NCBI GenBank assembly: GCA_019358935.1
Contig: JAHHIK010000010.1
Coordinates: forward strand, 42,188-106,187
Source: Tolypothrix carrinoi HA7290-LM1
GTDB taxonomy: Bacteria; Cyanobacteriota; Cyanobacteriia; Cyanobacteriales; Nostocaceae
Reading direction: 5' to 3'
DNA length: 64,000 bases
Below the pieces are notes generated by a model, which saw only the letters and a list, made by a program, of their open reading frames with translations, was not told the origin of the DNA and did no database searches. Both the position numbers and the translations under genes were made by a program. Of the stretch, positions 1 to 10,996 are shown piece after piece (the stretch's first letter is position 1; each line of letters starts with the position of its first letter).

Positions 1-374
1 TCCAAAGCGAACCGCAACGTTATATGCTAGCAACTGACATCTTCGTCCTGGCTTCACACCACGAATCTTTTGGTTTAGTTCTCACAGAAGCGCGGGAAGC
101 AGGTTGCGCGATTATTGCCAGCGATGTAGACGGCATTCCTGAGACTTTAGATAATGGAGAAGCTGGTGTTTTGGTGTCACCTAAAAATAGCTTTGCTGTC
201 GCAACTGCTATGAAGAAATTACTTAATAACCCTTGGGAAATGCAAAAATGGAAATACAAAGGGAAACAAAATATAGAGCGGTTTAGTGCTGCACGGGTGA
301 GTAAAGAAACACTCAATGTTTACCGTGAATTAGTACCAAATTACAATCTACGTCAAAGTAGTATGATTGTTTGA
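1..374 (+). CDS. Glycosyltransferase family 4 (GT-B), 5' end outside the window
   Basis: The frame is open from the window start (QSEPQRYMLATDIFVL). It carries the GT4 C-terminal motif ESFGLVLTEA..GCAIIASDVDGIPE. Confidence 0.85.
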   Translation, partial: QSEPQRYMLATDIFVLASHHESFGLVLTEAREAGCAIIASDVDGIPETLDNGEAGVLVSPKNSFAVATAMKKLLNNPWEMQKWKYKGKQNIERFSAARVSKETLNVYRELVPNYNLRQSSMIV

Positions 375-404
375 TTTTTCTGTCATCAAGAGTAGTGGAA
401 TTAT

Positions 405-451
405 AGGCGATCGCATAAGCTTGGTGTATGTAAAAAAGAGTGCGATCGCCT
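405..451. terminator. Inverted repeat with HIP1 arms between convergent genes
   Basis: AGGCGATCGCA ... TGCGATCGCCT arms lie between the GT4 stop and the Uma2 stop. Confidence 0.4.
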
Positions 452-522
452 TTCTCATGCCATTACTAAAGACTTATCTACACCATAAAACGAGAAAATT
501 ACCAAGACTTTTCACTACTTAA

Positions 523-1155
523 TTATCCTAACTTCTCCCTCACCCAAGCGCGAAACGATTTCAGCAAAGCAATTTCTCCCATAGTTTTACTTTGCTGAAT
601 AAATCTGCTGATATCACTCACCGATACTATAGGAAAAGCAATACTAAATTCACATTCAACATATTGCCCTTCTATTAACTGATAAAATTTTAAATCTCGT
701 CCGTTATATCTCCATAGTTCAGCGATACCAAGTGCGGAATAAATCCCTAATTTGTTAACCGAACTGCTAGTTATATCAATCTCAATTGCTAAATCAGGTG
801 CTGGATCTGTTTCTAAATCCAGAGTTTCTTTACCTCTAATAGCTAATTCATTCTGGATATAATAACAATTATCTGGTTCTATACCTCTTTTTGCGATTCT
901 TCGCTTCAATGTTGTTGAACCAGCACTTTTAATTTCTATTTCTACTTCCTCGGCTAAAATTAATATAAAGCGGTCAAATTGGATTTTAGGATTTTCGTGT
1001 TCAAAAAGTGGAGTCATTATTTCTAAAGTTCCACAATCATAAGCAAATCGGGAACCTCTATCCTCACCCGTATCTGCTAGCAAGGCTTCAAAGGTTTCCC
1101 AGCTAATGTTGTGTAGCACTGTTCTTTGTTCGGCAATGCTTGAAGATATAATCAT
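523..1155 (-). CDS. Uma2 family (DUF820) PD-(D/E)XK endonuclease
   Basis: Typical motifs ISWETFEALL, LEIMTP..EHE, IEPDNCYY and PDLAIEIDITS. Confidence 0.9.
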   Translation of the reverse strand: MIISSSIAEQRTVLHNISWETFEALLADTGEDRGSRFAYDCGTLEIMTPLFEHENPKIQFDRFILILAEEVEIEIKSAGSTTLKRRIAKRGIEPDNCYYIQNELAIRGKETLDLETDPAPDLAIEIDITSSSVNKLGIYSALGIAELWRYNGRDLKFYQLIEGQYVECEFSIAFPIVSVSDISRFIQQSKTMGEIALLKSFRAWVREKLG

Positions 1156-1165
1156 CTTTAAGTAC

Positions 1166-1765
1166 TCATTCAGTCAGAATACTAGATAAAATTCCGAAAA
1201 TTTTACCTATATTATTAATATAGTATTCGCTCAAGTCAATCTCAACTACTTGCCCAACCAGCTTGAGAAACTTCCAGTTAGTTCCAGTAGTGACAGTTCC
1301 ATAAATTGTCTGAATATTATTTCCCTCGCGTTCATTAAACAATTTAGCTGCGATCATTTCTGCGACACACTGACCTAATCCGGCATTAATATTTTCCTTT
1401 TTAGCTTCAACAATCGTTACTACCGGCGCACTGACAATTAATAATTCTGGTGAACGGCTAATCAGAAAATCACAATTTCCATTTAGTCCTTGTGATGGTT
1501 CAACTGTAAAGTCAATTCCCGAAAATAAACTTACTTGATAATTTAAATATTTTCTGACTGCAATTAAAATAGGGGCAATAATCATTTCCGAACGTGATTT
1601 TTCTGTATTACTAGCCAAAGCTAATGGTATATTTTCCTGAATAATTTCTGATAGTAATGGCGGCAATTCTAACTCTAATACAGAAGAAAATATATCAATT
1701 TTATCAGAAATAGTTAAGCCAAAGCTTCTCCTTACTCTATCTAAAGTAAAGTCACTGTATGACAC
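1166..1765 (-). CDS. Cyanobacterial restriction-endonuclease-fold (PD-(D/E)XK-like) hypothetical protein
   Basis: GNCDFLIS...IVEAKK...GLGQCVAEM..A and YGTVTTGTNWKFL resemble an HsdR-N-like nuclease motif. Confidence 0.65.
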   Translation of the reverse strand: MSYSDFTLDRVRRSFGLTISDKIDIFSSVLELELPPLLSEIIQENIPLALASNTEKSRSEMIIAPILIAVRKYLNYQVSLFSGIDFTVEPSQGLNGNCDFLISRSPELLIVSAPVVTIVEAKKENINAGLGQCVAEMIAAKLFNEREGNNIQTIYGTVTTGTNWKFLKLVGQVVEIDLSEYYINNIGKIFGILSSILTE

Positions 1766-1866
1766 TTTAGTTGCTCCTGTTTATAAACCCATATATTAAA
1801 ATTGTGCCAATTACAAGCATGACTCGTTGCTAATAATTGACACAATCAGTAGTTAAATATTTTCTA

Positions 1867-3129
1867 TTAACCAAACAAACCACCGAAAAACTCAAGGGTA
1901 TCCTTCAACGCTTTGATAAAAACATCAATTTCTTCGCGGGTGTTGTAGAAAGATAAACTTGCTCTTGCGGTTCCAGGAAGACCTAAAAAACGGTGTAATG
2001 GTTGAGTGCAGTGGTGTCCAGAACGGATTGCGACACCTTCTTGATCTAATAATGTAGATAAGTCGTTAGCGTGGACTTCTCCGGATGTGAATGCAGCCAA
2101 AGCAGCTCTACCTTCACCATTAGCATCGGGTTTGGGACCATAAATTCTAATTTCGGGAATTTGCAGCAATTGCTCAAACAAATAAGCAGTTAATTCTGCT
2201 TCGTAAGCGTGGATTTTATCCATGCCAATATTAGTAAGATAATCTATCGCAGCACCAAGAGCGATCGCTTCCCCAATTGCCGGTGTACCAGCTTCAAATT
2301 TATGCGGTAATTCTGCGTAGGTCGAATGGTCTAAAAACACCTCCGCAATCATTTCACCACCACCAAAAAACGGCGGCATCGATTCCAACAATTTCAACTT
2401 GCCATACAAAAAGCCTATCCCAGTTGGGGCACACATTTTGTGACCGGAAGCAACTAACCAATCACAGTCAATTTGCTGCACGTCAACAGGCATATGAGGG
2501 ACACTTTGGCAAGCATCAATTAATACTTTTGCACCGTATTCATGCGCTAAAGCACAAATTTCTTGCACCGGGTTAATGCAACCCAAAGTGTTAGAAACAT
2601 GCACCGTTGACACCAATTTAGTTTTTTCAGAAAGCAGAGTTTTGAACTGTTCTAAATCAAAAGTTTCTTCAGATGTCAGTTCGACAAACTTCAGCACTGC
2701 ACCCGTCTTTTGCGCCACCAATTGCCAGGGTACAATATTACTGTGGTGTTCCATCACCGAGAGAATAATTTCATCTCCCGGTTGCAAATTGCTCATTCCC
2801 CAACTGTAAGCTACCAAATTAATCGCCTCAGAAGCGTTGCGGGTGTAAACAATTTCTTGACGAGATGCAGCATTGATAAATTTAGCAACTTTATCTCGTG
2901 TAGCTTCATAAGCATCAGTAGCTTTCGCGCTGAGAGTATGCGCTCCGCGATGCACGTTAGCATTATACTGCTCGTAATAATCTCGCAAACGATTAAGTAC
3001 CAGCAAAGGTTTTTGCGAGGTAGCAGCATTATCCAGGTAAATTAAAGGTTTGCCGTTGACTTCCTGATTTAATATTGGGAAATCAGCGCGAACTTGATCG
3101 GCGAGGGTTTTTGTTTGGGTGAAAGTCAT
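1867..3129 (-). CDS. sufS: Cysteine desulfurase SufS
   Basis: Motifs [16 protein letters not shown] (PLP lysine) and RSGHHC. Last gene of the suf operon. Confidence 0.97.
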   Translation of the reverse strand: MTFTQTKTLADQVRADFPILNQEVNGKPLIYLDNAATSQKPLLVLNRLRDYYEQYNANVHRGAHTLSAKATDAYEATRDKVAKFINAASRQEIVYTRNASEAINLVAYSWGMSNLQPGDEIILSVMEHHSNIVPWQLVAQKTGAVLKFVELTSEETFDLEQFKTLLSEKTKLVSTVHVSNTLGCINPVQEICALAHEYGAKVLIDACQSVPHMPVDVQQIDCDWLVASGHKMCAPTGIGFLYGKLKLLESMPPFFGGGEMIAEVFLDHSTYAELPHKFEAGTPAIGEAIALGAAIDYLTNIGMDKIHAYEAELTAYLFEQLLQIPEIRIYGPKPDANGEGRAALAAFTSGEVHANDLSTLLDQEGVAIRSGHHCTQPLHRFLGLPGTARASLSFYNTREEIDVFIKALKDTLEFFGGLFG

Positions 3130-3145
3130 AAAATTTTGGCTTAAG

Positions 3146-3345
3146 GATTGTTAGTTGTTGGTTGTTAGTTGTTGGTTGCTGGTTGTTGGTTGTTAGTTGT
3201 TGGTTGCTGGTTGTTAGTTGTTGGTTGTTGATTGTTGGTTGTTTATTCTTTGCTACTATCCACGCTCCCACTATCAACTAACTACTAACCACTATCAACG
3301 CTCCCACTATCAACGCTCCCACTAACCACTATCCACTAACCAACA
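3146..3345. repeat. STRR heptamer arrays (TTGTTGG-type, then CCACTAT/CCACTAA-type)
   Basis: Tandem 7-mers between sufS and sufD, arranged as two roughly complementary blocks. Confidence 0.85.
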
Positions 3346-3351
3346 CCCAAT

Positions 3352-4743
3352 CTAAAATCTGCTAACTGTTTGCGTGAGAGTTTCGCGAAGAGAGGAAATC
3401 GGTATTTGGTTGATAATTTCAGCCGCGAAAGCATTAATTAATAAGTTGCGAGCATCGTTGGCATCAATACCCCGGCTTTGCAGATAAAATATTTCATCAT
3501 CTTCCAACTGGCTAACAGTCGCACCGTGAGCGCATTTAACATTATCCGCCGTAATTTCCAACTGCGGCTTAGTATCAACTCTGGCTTTAGATGATAGTAG
3601 CAGGTTGCGATTTAATTGCGCCGCATCAGTTAACTGTGCCGGCTTCGGGACAAAAACTTTGCCATTGAACACTCCATGAGCGCGATCGCCTACAATACAC
3701 TTATGCAATTGCCGACTAACACCATGCGGATGATTAAGAGCAATTACACTGTGAGTATCCGCCAATTGCTTCCCCTTAATCATCGTCAACCCATTTAAAG
3801 TAGTTTCCGTTTGCTCACCAGTTTGGAAAATCTCTAAATTGTGACGCGAAAACCTGCCACCCAAACTTACCGCATTACAACAATACCGACTATAACGACC
3901 TTGCATCACCGCAGTCTTGCCAACATGAAAAGCCTCAGCACCATCACACTCAACCCGAGTATGACTAACCTGAGCATTCTCCTCAACCCAAATCTCCGTC
4001 ACCGCATTGGTGAAGTATACACCCTCTTTCTCCTCCTCTGCGTTCTCTGCGCCTCTGTGAGTCCAGCCCCCGTCTTGGCGGTTTCCGTCACGATGGGGGA
4101 CTGGCGAACCCGAAGGGCGGTTCGTATACTCCTCCACCAAACTCACCTGCGAACCACATTCAGCCACCACCAGACAACGCGGTAAAGCAATCCTCCCCTC
4201 ACCCACAGCAACAAACACCAAAAAAATCGGTGTTTCCACCACCACATTCTTCCCCACCCATACCACCGCCGCATCAGTCATACCAGCAGTATTCAGAGCA
4301 GTAAACACCTCGCGATCGCCTGACGCTTGTGCCAAATATTGCCGCACCCGTTCATCATAACCCCCAGGTAAATTAGCCAAATTGCTAACCACCACCCCAT
4401 CAGGTAAACCAGAAACAGCAGATAACTCAGGTGCATAAACACCATTCACAAAAACCAAACAGTTCTTATTCGCTTCCGGTAAACTAAAAGGCGTAATATT
4501 TGGTAAAAACGTCTCTACATTAAATTGCACCTCGCGCAAAGACGACAAATCAGCAAAACGCCATTCTTCATCGCGGGTAGTAGGAAGTCTTGATTGACGC
4601 ACCCAATCAGCAGCACGTTGACGCACATCTTGCAACCAACCCTCTGACTTTGATGCAGCTACTTTATCTAACAACCCAGTTAAATAAGCATCTTTATCCA
4701 CCAAAGTGTTAGAAATCGGACTTGGAGAAACTTCAATAGACAT
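3352..4743 (-). CDS. sufD: Fe-S cluster assembly protein SufD, with a 20-aa in-frame repeat insertion
   Basis: Motifs PTTRDEEWRF and KPQLEITADNVKCAHGATV, plus suf operon position. Confidence 0.96.
   Translation of the reverse strand: MSIEVSPSPISNTLVDKDAYLTGLLDKVAASKSEGWLQDVRQRAADWVRQSRLPTTRDEEWRFADLSSLREVQFNVETFLPNITPFSLPEANKNCLVFVNGVYAPELSAVSGLPDGVVVSNLANLPGGYDERVRQYLAQASGDREVFTALNTAGMTDAAVVWVGKNVVVETPIFLVFVAVGEGRIALPRCLVVAECGSQVSLVEEYTNRPSGSPVPHRDGNRQDGGWTHRGAENAEEEKEGVYFTNAVTEIWVEENAQVSHTRVECDGAEAFHVGKTAVMQGRYSRYCCNAVSLGGRFSRHNLEIFQTGEQTETTLNGLTMIKGKQLADTHSVIALNHPHGVSRQLHKCIVGDRAHGVFNGKVFVPKPAQLTDAAQLNRNLLLSSKARVDTKPQLEITADNVKCAHGATVSQLEDDEIFYLQSRGIDANDARNLLINAFAAEIINQIPISSLRETLTQTVSRF
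4058..4117. mobile_element. 60-bp SDR-type mini-element inserted in frame in sufD
   Basis: TGAGTCCAG...CTGGCGAACCCGAAGGG hairpin element, similar in design to the element at 53885-54076. Its removal leaves CCTCTG|CGGTT and keeps the frame. Confidence 0.75.
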
Positions 4744-5525
4744 TACACACCCACCTCAGCTTCTTCCAACACCCAGTCATAACCGCGAGCTTCCAACTCC
4801 AGCGCCAAATCCTTACCACCACACATGAGAATCTGCCCCTGAGCCATCACATGCACGTAATCCGGCACAATATAATTAAGTAACCGCTGATAGTGAGTAA
4901 TCATAATCGTCGCATTTTCCGGATTTGCCAGCTGATTTACTCCATTCGCGACAATCTTCAACGCATCAATATCCAAACCAGAATCTGTCTCATCCAGAAT
5001 CGCCAACTTTGGTTCTAACAGTGCCATTTGCAGAATCTCATTCCGCTTTTTCTCCCCACCAGAAAAACCCTCATTCAAACTTCTGTTAAGGAAAGCCGGA
5101 TTCATCTTCACAACATCCAGCTTTTCCTCTATCAAATCATCAAAATCAAACGCATCAATTTCTTCTAAACCCTGCGCTTTCCGGCGAGAATTATAAGCCA
5201 CCCGCAAGAAATCCAAATTACTCACACCCGGAATTTCCAACGGATATTGAAACGCCAAAAATACACCACTTCTTGCGCGTTCTTCCGGTTCCATTTCCAG
5301 CAGATTTTGCCCCATAAAGGTGCAACTACCACCAGTTACCTCATAAGCTGGGTGTCCAGCCAAAACCTTAGAAAAAGTACTTTTACCAGAACCATTCGGT
5401 CCCATAATCGCATGAACTTCACCCGATTTTACCTCAATATTCACACCCTTGAGAATCGGCGTCCCATTAACATTAGCCGTCAAATCTCTTACTGACAGCA
5501 CAACTTCACTATTTTCAATAATCAT
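4743..5525 (-). CDS. sufC: Fe-S cluster assembly ATPase SufC
   Basis: Walker [10 protein letters not shown], signature [10 protein letters not shown] and Walker [10 protein letters not shown]. Confidence 0.97.
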   Translation of the reverse strand: MIIENSEVVLSVRDLTANVNGTPILKGVNIEVKSGEVHAIMGPNGSGKSTFSKVLAGHPAYEVTGGSCTFMGQNLLEMEPEERARSGVFLAFQYPLEIPGVSNLDFLRVAYNSRRKAQGLEEIDAFDFDDLIEEKLDVVKMNPAFLNRSLNEGFSGGEKKRNEILQMALLEPKLAILDETDSGLDIDALKIVANGVNQLANPENATIMITHYQRLLNYIVPDYVHVMAQGQILMCGGKDLALELEARGYDWVLEEAEVGV

Positions 5526-5556
5526 CTTTTCTCTCTCTTATTTCTTCTCTCGCTCC

Positions 5557-5664
5557 CTCGTTCCCAGTCTCAGACTGGGAATGTTATCTTTGGGCTGCTG
5601 CCTAGCGATAAAATATGAGGCAGCAGCCCACAGAATGCGTTACCAGGTTGAACCTGGTAACGAG
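5557..5664. mobile_element. Double-hairpin MITE-like repeat between sufB and sufC
   Basis: Inverted ends CTCGTTCCCAG...CTGGTAACGAG, and each end forms its own hairpin (CCCAGTCTCAGACTGGG; GTTACCAGGTTGAACCTGGTAAC). Confidence 0.65.
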
Positions 5665-5666
5665 AG

Positions 5667-7106
5667 TTAACCAACACTACCTTCCAACTTCAGACTCAAC
5701 AGCTTATCAGCTTCCACCGCAAATTCCATCGGCAGCTGATTAAACACATCCTTACAGAAGCCACTAATCATCATCGAAACCGCGTCTTCACTAGAAATGC
5801 CCCGCTGTGCAAAGTAAAATAATTGGTCTTCCCCAATCTTGGAAGTAGAAGCTTCATGCTCCACCTTCGCTGCCTTATTTTGCACCTGAATATATGGGAA
5901 AGTATTCGCATGAGCATTATCCCCAATTAGCATCGAGTCGCACTGCGAATAGTTTCTAGCTCCTTCAGCCTTCGGGTTAATTTTCACCAAACCGCGATAG
6001 CTGTTACTAGAATTACCAGCAGAAATTCCCTTAGAGATAATCGTGCTGCGAGTGTTCTTACCAACGTGAATCATCTTGGTTCCCGTGTCGGCTTGCTGCA
6101 TATTATTTGTCAGCGCTACCGAGTAGAACTCACCCACAGAATTATCGCCCACCAACACGCAGCTAGGATATTTCCAAGTAATCGCAGAACCGGTTTCTAC
6201 TTGCGTCCAGGAAATCTTGGAATTTACACCCTGACACAAACCGCGTTTGGTGACAAAGTTGTAAATACCACCTTTGCCTTTTTCATCGCCGGCGTACCAA
6301 TTCTGTACTGTAGAATATTTAATTTCCGCGTTGTCCAGAGCGACAAGTTCCACCACAGCGGCGTGTAGTTGGTTGCTATCGTACATCGGCGCGGTACAGC
6401 CTTCCAAGTAGGAAACATAGCTGCCTTCTTCGGCAACAATCAAGGTACGCTCAAATTGTCCGGTATCGCCGCTGTTAATCCGGAAATAGGTAGACAATTC
6501 CATCGGGCATTTTACGCCTTTAGGAATATAGACAAAAGAACCATCGCTAAATACAGCCGCATTCAATGCCGCGAAGTAGTTATCGGCAGGGGGGACAACG
6601 CTACCCAGATACTTTTGTACTAGTTCGGGATATTCTTGCAATGCTTCGGAAATCGAGCAGAAGATAACGCCGTCTTTGAGCAGCTTTTCTTTAAATGTAG
6701 TGGCGACAGAAACACTATCGAAAATGGCATCTACAGCGACATTTCCCAGTCGCTTTTGTTCTGATAGGGGAATACCTAACTTTTCAAAGGTTTCCAAGAG
6801 GGTGGGATCTACTTCATCCAAACTGTTAAGCTTTTTCTTCGCTTGTTTCGGTGCGGAATAGTAGATGATATCCTGATAATTAATTGGCGGATATTGAACG
6901 CTATGCCAAGTCGGTTCTGTCATTTTTAGCCACTGGCGATAGGCTCTGAGGCGAAACTCCAGCATGAATTCCGGCTCGTTCTTCTTGCTGGAGATCAAGC
7001 GGATAACATCTTCGTTTAGCCCACGCGGAATGGTGTCTGCCTCAATATTGGTGACAAAGCCATATTTGTAGGGCTGGTTGACTAAGGTTTTGACAGTGGC
7101 ACTCAT
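5667..7106 (-). CDS. sufB: Fe-S cluster assembly protein SufB
   Basis: Motifs [23 protein letters not shown] and EHEASTSKI. Confidence 0.98.
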   Translation of the reverse strand: MSATVKTLVNQPYKYGFVTNIEADTIPRGLNEDVIRLISSKKNEPEFMLEFRLRAYRQWLKMTEPTWHSVQYPPINYQDIIYYSAPKQAKKKLNSLDEVDPTLLETFEKLGIPLSEQKRLGNVAVDAIFDSVSVATTFKEKLLKDGVIFCSISEALQEYPELVQKYLGSVVPPADNYFAALNAAVFSDGSFVYIPKGVKCPMELSTYFRINSGDTGQFERTLIVAEEGSYVSYLEGCTAPMYDSNQLHAAVVELVALDNAEIKYSTVQNWYAGDEKGKGGIYNFVTKRGLCQGVNSKISWTQVETGSAITWKYPSCVLVGDNSVGEFYSVALTNNMQQADTGTKMIHVGKNTRSTIISKGISAGNSSNSYRGLVKINPKAEGARNYSQCDSMLIGDNAHANTFPYIQVQNKAAKVEHEASTSKIGEDQLFYFAQRGISSEDAVSMMISGFCKDVFNQLPMEFAVEADKLLSLKLEGSVG

Positions 7107-7234
7107 CAGTTCTTTTCTCTCGTGTTCTCTTTTAGGTGTCTCTTTTTGGATGGGAGACGGGCGGTAAGCCGATTTCCCTTCATCGTTAACCCACAGTGGT
7201 TACGCGGCTGTTACAATAAGGATGGAGAGTAAAA

Positions 7235-7248
7235 CAACAAGTTAGTTG
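7235..7248. promoter_or_regulatory. SufR operator 1 (CAAC-N6-GTTG)
   Basis: CAACaagttaGTTG in the divergent sufB/sufR intergenic region matches the known cyanobacterial SufR site. Confidence 0.8.
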
Positions 7249-7279
7249 TTTAAGTTATCTCCATTTTACGCTACATTAA

Positions 7280-7293
7280 CAACAAGAATGTTG
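7280..7293. promoter_or_regulatory. SufR operator 2 (CAAC-N6-GTTG)
   Basis: CAACaagaatGTTG, a second copy starting 45 bp from the first. Confidence 0.8.
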
Positions 7294-7330
7294 TCAAAGT
7301 GAAATTTCCTAATTATTTTTCAGGACTAAG

Positions 7331-8005
7331 ATGGCGACTACCCAGCAGTCCTCAACCAAGCAAGAGATTCTAGAATATCTCCTGAAACACTCACGGGCAA
7401 CAGCTTTTGAGCTAGCCGAGATTTTAAATATTAGCCCGCAAGCGATTCGTCGCCATCTCAAAGATTTGGAGGCTGAAAAGCTAATTTTGTATTCATCGAT
7501 ACAAGAAGGGATGGGGCGTCCGCAGCACGTTTATCATTTGAGTCGTGAAGGACGCGATCGCCTGCAACGAGGTGATAGTTATGGGGAATTTGCTGTTTCT
7601 CTGCTGGATACATTAGCAGAAACGGTAGGACGCGACCAAGTAAGCACGATTTTAAGAAAGCAGTGGGAACGTAAGGCTCAAGAATATCGCGATCGCTTGG
7701 GTAAAGGGTCGTTAGAAGAACGTGTGGCAAACTTAGTTGAGTTGAGAAAAGCTGAAGGCTTCATGGCAGAGTGTCACCCAGTAGAATCGAATGAATCAGT
7801 AGGCGATCGCTTTATATTAATGGAGCATAACTGCGCCATTTCCAACGTTGCCGAGTCTTTCCCCAGCATTTGCGGTCATGAATTAGAAATGTTTGCCGCC
7901 GTTCTCCCAGATTGTACAGTAGAGCGGACTCATTGGATTATCAACGGCGAACACCGTTGCGGCTATTTGGTACAAGCGCGAAAACCTTGCGCCGAATTAG
8001 ATTAA
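7331..8005 (+). CDS. sufR: Fe-S cluster biosynthesis transcriptional regulator SufR
   Basis: N-terminal wHTH, GRPQHVY and C-terminal Cys motif (EHNC...C.HE...HRC). Divergent from sufB. Confidence 0.95.
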   Translation: MATTQQSSTKQEILEYLLKHSRATAFELAEILNISPQAIRRHLKDLEAEKLILYSSIQEGMGRPQHVYHLSREGRDRLQRGDSYGEFAVSLLDTLAETVGRDQVSTILRKQWERKAQEYRDRLGKGSLEERVANLVELRKAEGFMAECHPVESNESVGDRFILMEHNCAISNVAESFPSICGHELEMFAAVLPDCTVERTHWIINGEHRCGYLVQARKPCAELD

Positions 8006-8110
8006 GAAATTTATATTTACATTAAGTTTAAGTCATAAATAATAGCTACGTCGTAATCTGTTTTACAAATTACAAATTAGCAATTGTCCGTTAAGTTTTA
8101 GTTAAAGGTT

Positions 8111-8371
8111 ATGAATTTACCACCACAGCAGCCGTCAACACAATTCTTAACTTTAGAAGAGTCAGCCAAAGTTGACGCTGCCTTGCTTTCTTCCCCGGAA
8201 AAGTTTTTAACCAGATTAACAATTTCATCTCTCAAACTTTTGAAGCACATCGCCCAAGAGTATGATGTGAGAATTGAAGATTTAACAACACAGCAAGTGA
8301 TTGCTTGGTTTGAGAAAGATGGCAAGATTCGCCGAGAGCAAGGAACAGAGTCTGCATACCTGAATTGGTAA
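8111..8371 (+). CDS. Small hypothetical protein
   Basis: 86-aa ORF with protein-like composition, followed by hairpins. Confidence 0.7.
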   Translation: MNLPPQQPSTQFLTLEESAKVDAALLSSPEKFLTRLTISSLKLLKHIAQEYDVRIEDLTTQQVIAWFEKDGKIRREQGTESAYLNW

Positions 8372-8372
8372 A

Positions 8373-8401
8373 GTAGAGACGTTCCATCGGAACGTCTCTA
8401 C
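8373..8401. repeat. REP-like GTAG palindrome
   Basis: GTAGAGACGTTCC-ATC-GGAACGTCTCTAC. Confidence 0.7.
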
Positions 8402-8425
8402 AATAAATAATCTAAACAAATAGCA

Positions 8426-8451
8426 AAAAGCACCTTTTTCGAGGTGCTTTG
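8426..8451. terminator. Probable bidirectional terminator
   Basis: AAAGCACCT..AGGTGCTTT stem between convergent genes. Confidence 0.5.
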
Positions 8452-8485
8452 TCAAGCGATGTAATTTAATTTTACAGACCACATT

Positions 8486-9112
8486 TTAAGTGTAAGTATT
8501 AGTACGCGGACTGCGAGCGCCTGTAACCGCTCCAATCATTGATGCAACTAAACCCAGCAAAGAACCGAATACAAACCACCACAAACCTCTAGATGTAGCA
8601 CCAGCAATATTGCGGGCTTCTTGAGCGCTTACATTGGTTTGGGGTACGTTCACACCACCTTGTTGTTGCACTTGGTTAATCACTTCACCAGCGTTAGAAG
8701 CAGCAACACCAAAAGCACCCGATACCCCACTAGCCAAGAGCCAAGAGCTAACTGCTAAAGTGGTAGCCCAGAGAATTGCCCCATTGAGAAGAGCGGTGCT
8801 GCGGTTCATCGGACCGCAAGCGCGAGCAGTTACCCAACCGCCGGTAAATAGGGAAATTAACAAACCAATGGTTGACCAAATTCCCACATTTCCAGCAACA
8901 TCAGGAGCATTTGTTCTGGGTGCGCCGGAATTTGCAATACTACCTGCGCCGATCGCTGCGAATAAAGCGCTTAAAATCAATTGCGTAGCTAGGGAAACTA
9001 ACAAACCAGAAATAATCGGACCCCAACGAACGCGATCGTGGTAATCAGCAACTCTACCCACTACCGCAGGCTCATTAATTACATCATCACCAACTCTATT
9101 TACGTATGACAT
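8486..9112 (-). CDS. Hypothetical membrane protein (about 4 TM helices)
   Basis: RVRWGPIISG followed by Gly/Ala-rich hydrophobic segments. Confidence 0.8.
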   Translation of the reverse strand: MSYVNRVGDDVINEPAVVGRVADYHDRVRWGPIISGLLVSLATQLILSALFAAIGAGSIANSGAPRTNAPDVAGNVGIWSTIGLLISLFTGGWVTARACGPMNRSTALLNGAILWATTLAVSSWLLASGVSGAFGVAASNAGEVINQVQQQGGVNVPQTNVSAQEARNIAGATSRGLWWFVFGSLLGLVASMIGAVTGARSPRTNTYT

Positions 9113-9664
9113 AGCTTATCTTTTTCCTCACTTTTTTAGCAGTTTTTTCAGCTATATTCTTGCTTGTGTATTAAGATTAAATTCCTCTTGCTGAGTTTTC
9201 ATATCTATCAAGAGAAATACTTATTAACTCTATCTTTAGTAATAATTTTGAGAAGGCTTTAATACTATTTAATATAACTGTTGAAGTCTGTTGAGATTAT
9301 GAATTAATAATTAATTTTGGCAGAGATGAATTATTAAGTTAAAATCCAGTTATTCCACGTCAAAAATAATTCAAATCATAGTGCGGAAATCTTTCCGATT
9401 ATGTTAAGAATTTTAAATTGTCGGGTGCGAAGCGCCGAAAGTACGACACCCTACTAATTATATTTGTCTGATGAGTATTAAGCAGATTAACGTAATTTAG
9501 GCAAAATAGTAAGTTAAGGTAGATAAATTTTTATTAAGAATAACGAATAAATTTTTGGCGATACGTTTTCAGCTACATTGGGATGTGCAGCTAACTTTTT
9601 CAAGTTCTCTTAGATAAAAAGGGAACAAAAATTATTGCTGCACATCAAGTAATCAAGGCATTCT

Positions 9665-9994
9665 TCAATTACGCAGCTTGATAGCGGTGCCTGTCGCGGT
9701 AATCAGCAACAAAACCCCTGACTGGTCAACATTAATCGTACCAGTATCAAATTCAATCCCGACAACAGCATCTGCCCCTAAACGCGATGCCCGCTGTTCT
9801 AACTCTTGTAGTGCCTTACGTTGACCTTGCTCAAATAAGCGCTCATAGCTGCCGGTGCGTCCACCAACAATATCCCGAATGCTAGCGAAAAAATCCCGTA
9901 GGAAATTGCTGCCGTAGACGACTTCTGCCGTCACAATACCTAAATATGACTGAATGACAGACCCCTGAATTACATCGGTCGTGGTTAAAATCAT
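9665..9994 (-). CDS. YbjQ/UPF0145 family protein
   Basis: Motifs MILTTT, RDFFASIRDIVGGR..SYE, GADAVVG and ATGTA. Confidence 0.9.
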   Translation of the reverse strand: MILTTTDVIQGSVIQSYLGIVTAEVVYGSNFLRDFFASIRDIVGGRTGSYERLFEQGQRKALQELEQRASRLGADAVVGIEFDTGTINVDQSGVLLLITATGTAIKLRN

Positions 9995-10294
9995 AAATTA
10001 GCCTCTTGAGCGTTACGTCTGTTGTGTGCTTCTAACCGGATTTTAGATTTGGAATAGGTATTTAGATATAGTGATGACGATATTGTTTGCCACCATATGT
10101 AACTTTTTCTTTCTCAAAATGGTATCAGCCAAGACAAACGCTACGGCGCTGACCTTAACGGATGAGTGTAATGCATCAATAATAAATATGAAAACAGAAT
10201 AAATACAGTTTTCAAAACTCAAGATTTTTGTTTTAATGTACATGCAATTACACGACATGTGAAAAAAATTGCCAAATACTTCAGGATAATTACG

Positions 10295-10975
10295 GTGTAC
10301 AAGCAGACATCATTTCTACTAAGTGTTCTTTTATTAGGTAGTTTTGCAGCTACAATCCCCTCGGTGGCTCAGGCTCAGGTAACAGTAGCGCAAGCTAGAA
10401 GCGCAGAGTTAAAGCAATTGCTAGAAGATGGGCGGCGGTTGGTGAATTCTGGAGACTATAACGGCGCGATTTCTGTTTATCAACAAGCAGTAGCGATCGA
10501 GCCAAAAAATGCCAAAATTCATTCTGGCATGGGCTACTTATATGCTATACAAGGAAATTTCCAAGCAGCATTAGCGGCTTACCGTCGTGCTCTTGGTATT
10601 GATCCTAACAATGGCGATTTTTTCTATGCTGTAGGTTATATCAAAGGAAATTTGGGAGATACTGCTGGGGCAAAGGACGCTTATCGTAAAGCGATACAGC
10701 TCAACCGCAACAATATTAATGCTTACTTGGGATTGGGTGTGACACAATCCCGTCTAGGAGATTATGAAGCAGCTATGTGGGCTTACGATCAAGCGATCAA
10801 TATTGATAAGAATAATGCCCAAACTTATGAGTTGATGGGTTCAATGTTCAAGCAACGACGAAAAGCCAAAGAAGCAAGTAATGTGCTTAATAAAGCGCGT
10901 GACTTGTATCAACGTCGCAATGACTCAGATGGCGTGGCAAGGGTAGAAGCCTTGCTGCGAGATTTGGGAGGTTGA
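10295..10975 (+). CDS. Exported TPR-repeat protein
   Basis: Signal-peptide-like N-terminus ending near AQA, then about 5 TPR repeats. Likely GTG start at 10295; the ORF track starts at 10259. Confidence 0.85.
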   Translation: MYKQTSFLLSVLLLGSFAATIPSVAQAQVTVAQARSAELKQLLEDGRRLVNSGDYNGAISVYQQAVAIEPKNAKIHSGMGYLYAIQGNFQAALAAYRRALGIDPNNGDFFYAVGYIKGNLGDTAGAKDAYRKAIQLNRNNINAYLGLGVTQSRLGDYEAAMWAYDQAINIDKNNAQTYELMGSMFKQRRKAKEASNVLNKARDLYQRRNDSDGVARVEALLRDLGG

Positions 10976-10996
10976 TTTAACTTTAGAAGACAGTCA

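Noticed and set aside
2277..3045. Antisense and alternate-frame ORFs over sufS (and similar ones over other genes)
   Set aside because: They are shadow ORFs of well-supported genes with no motifs of their own.
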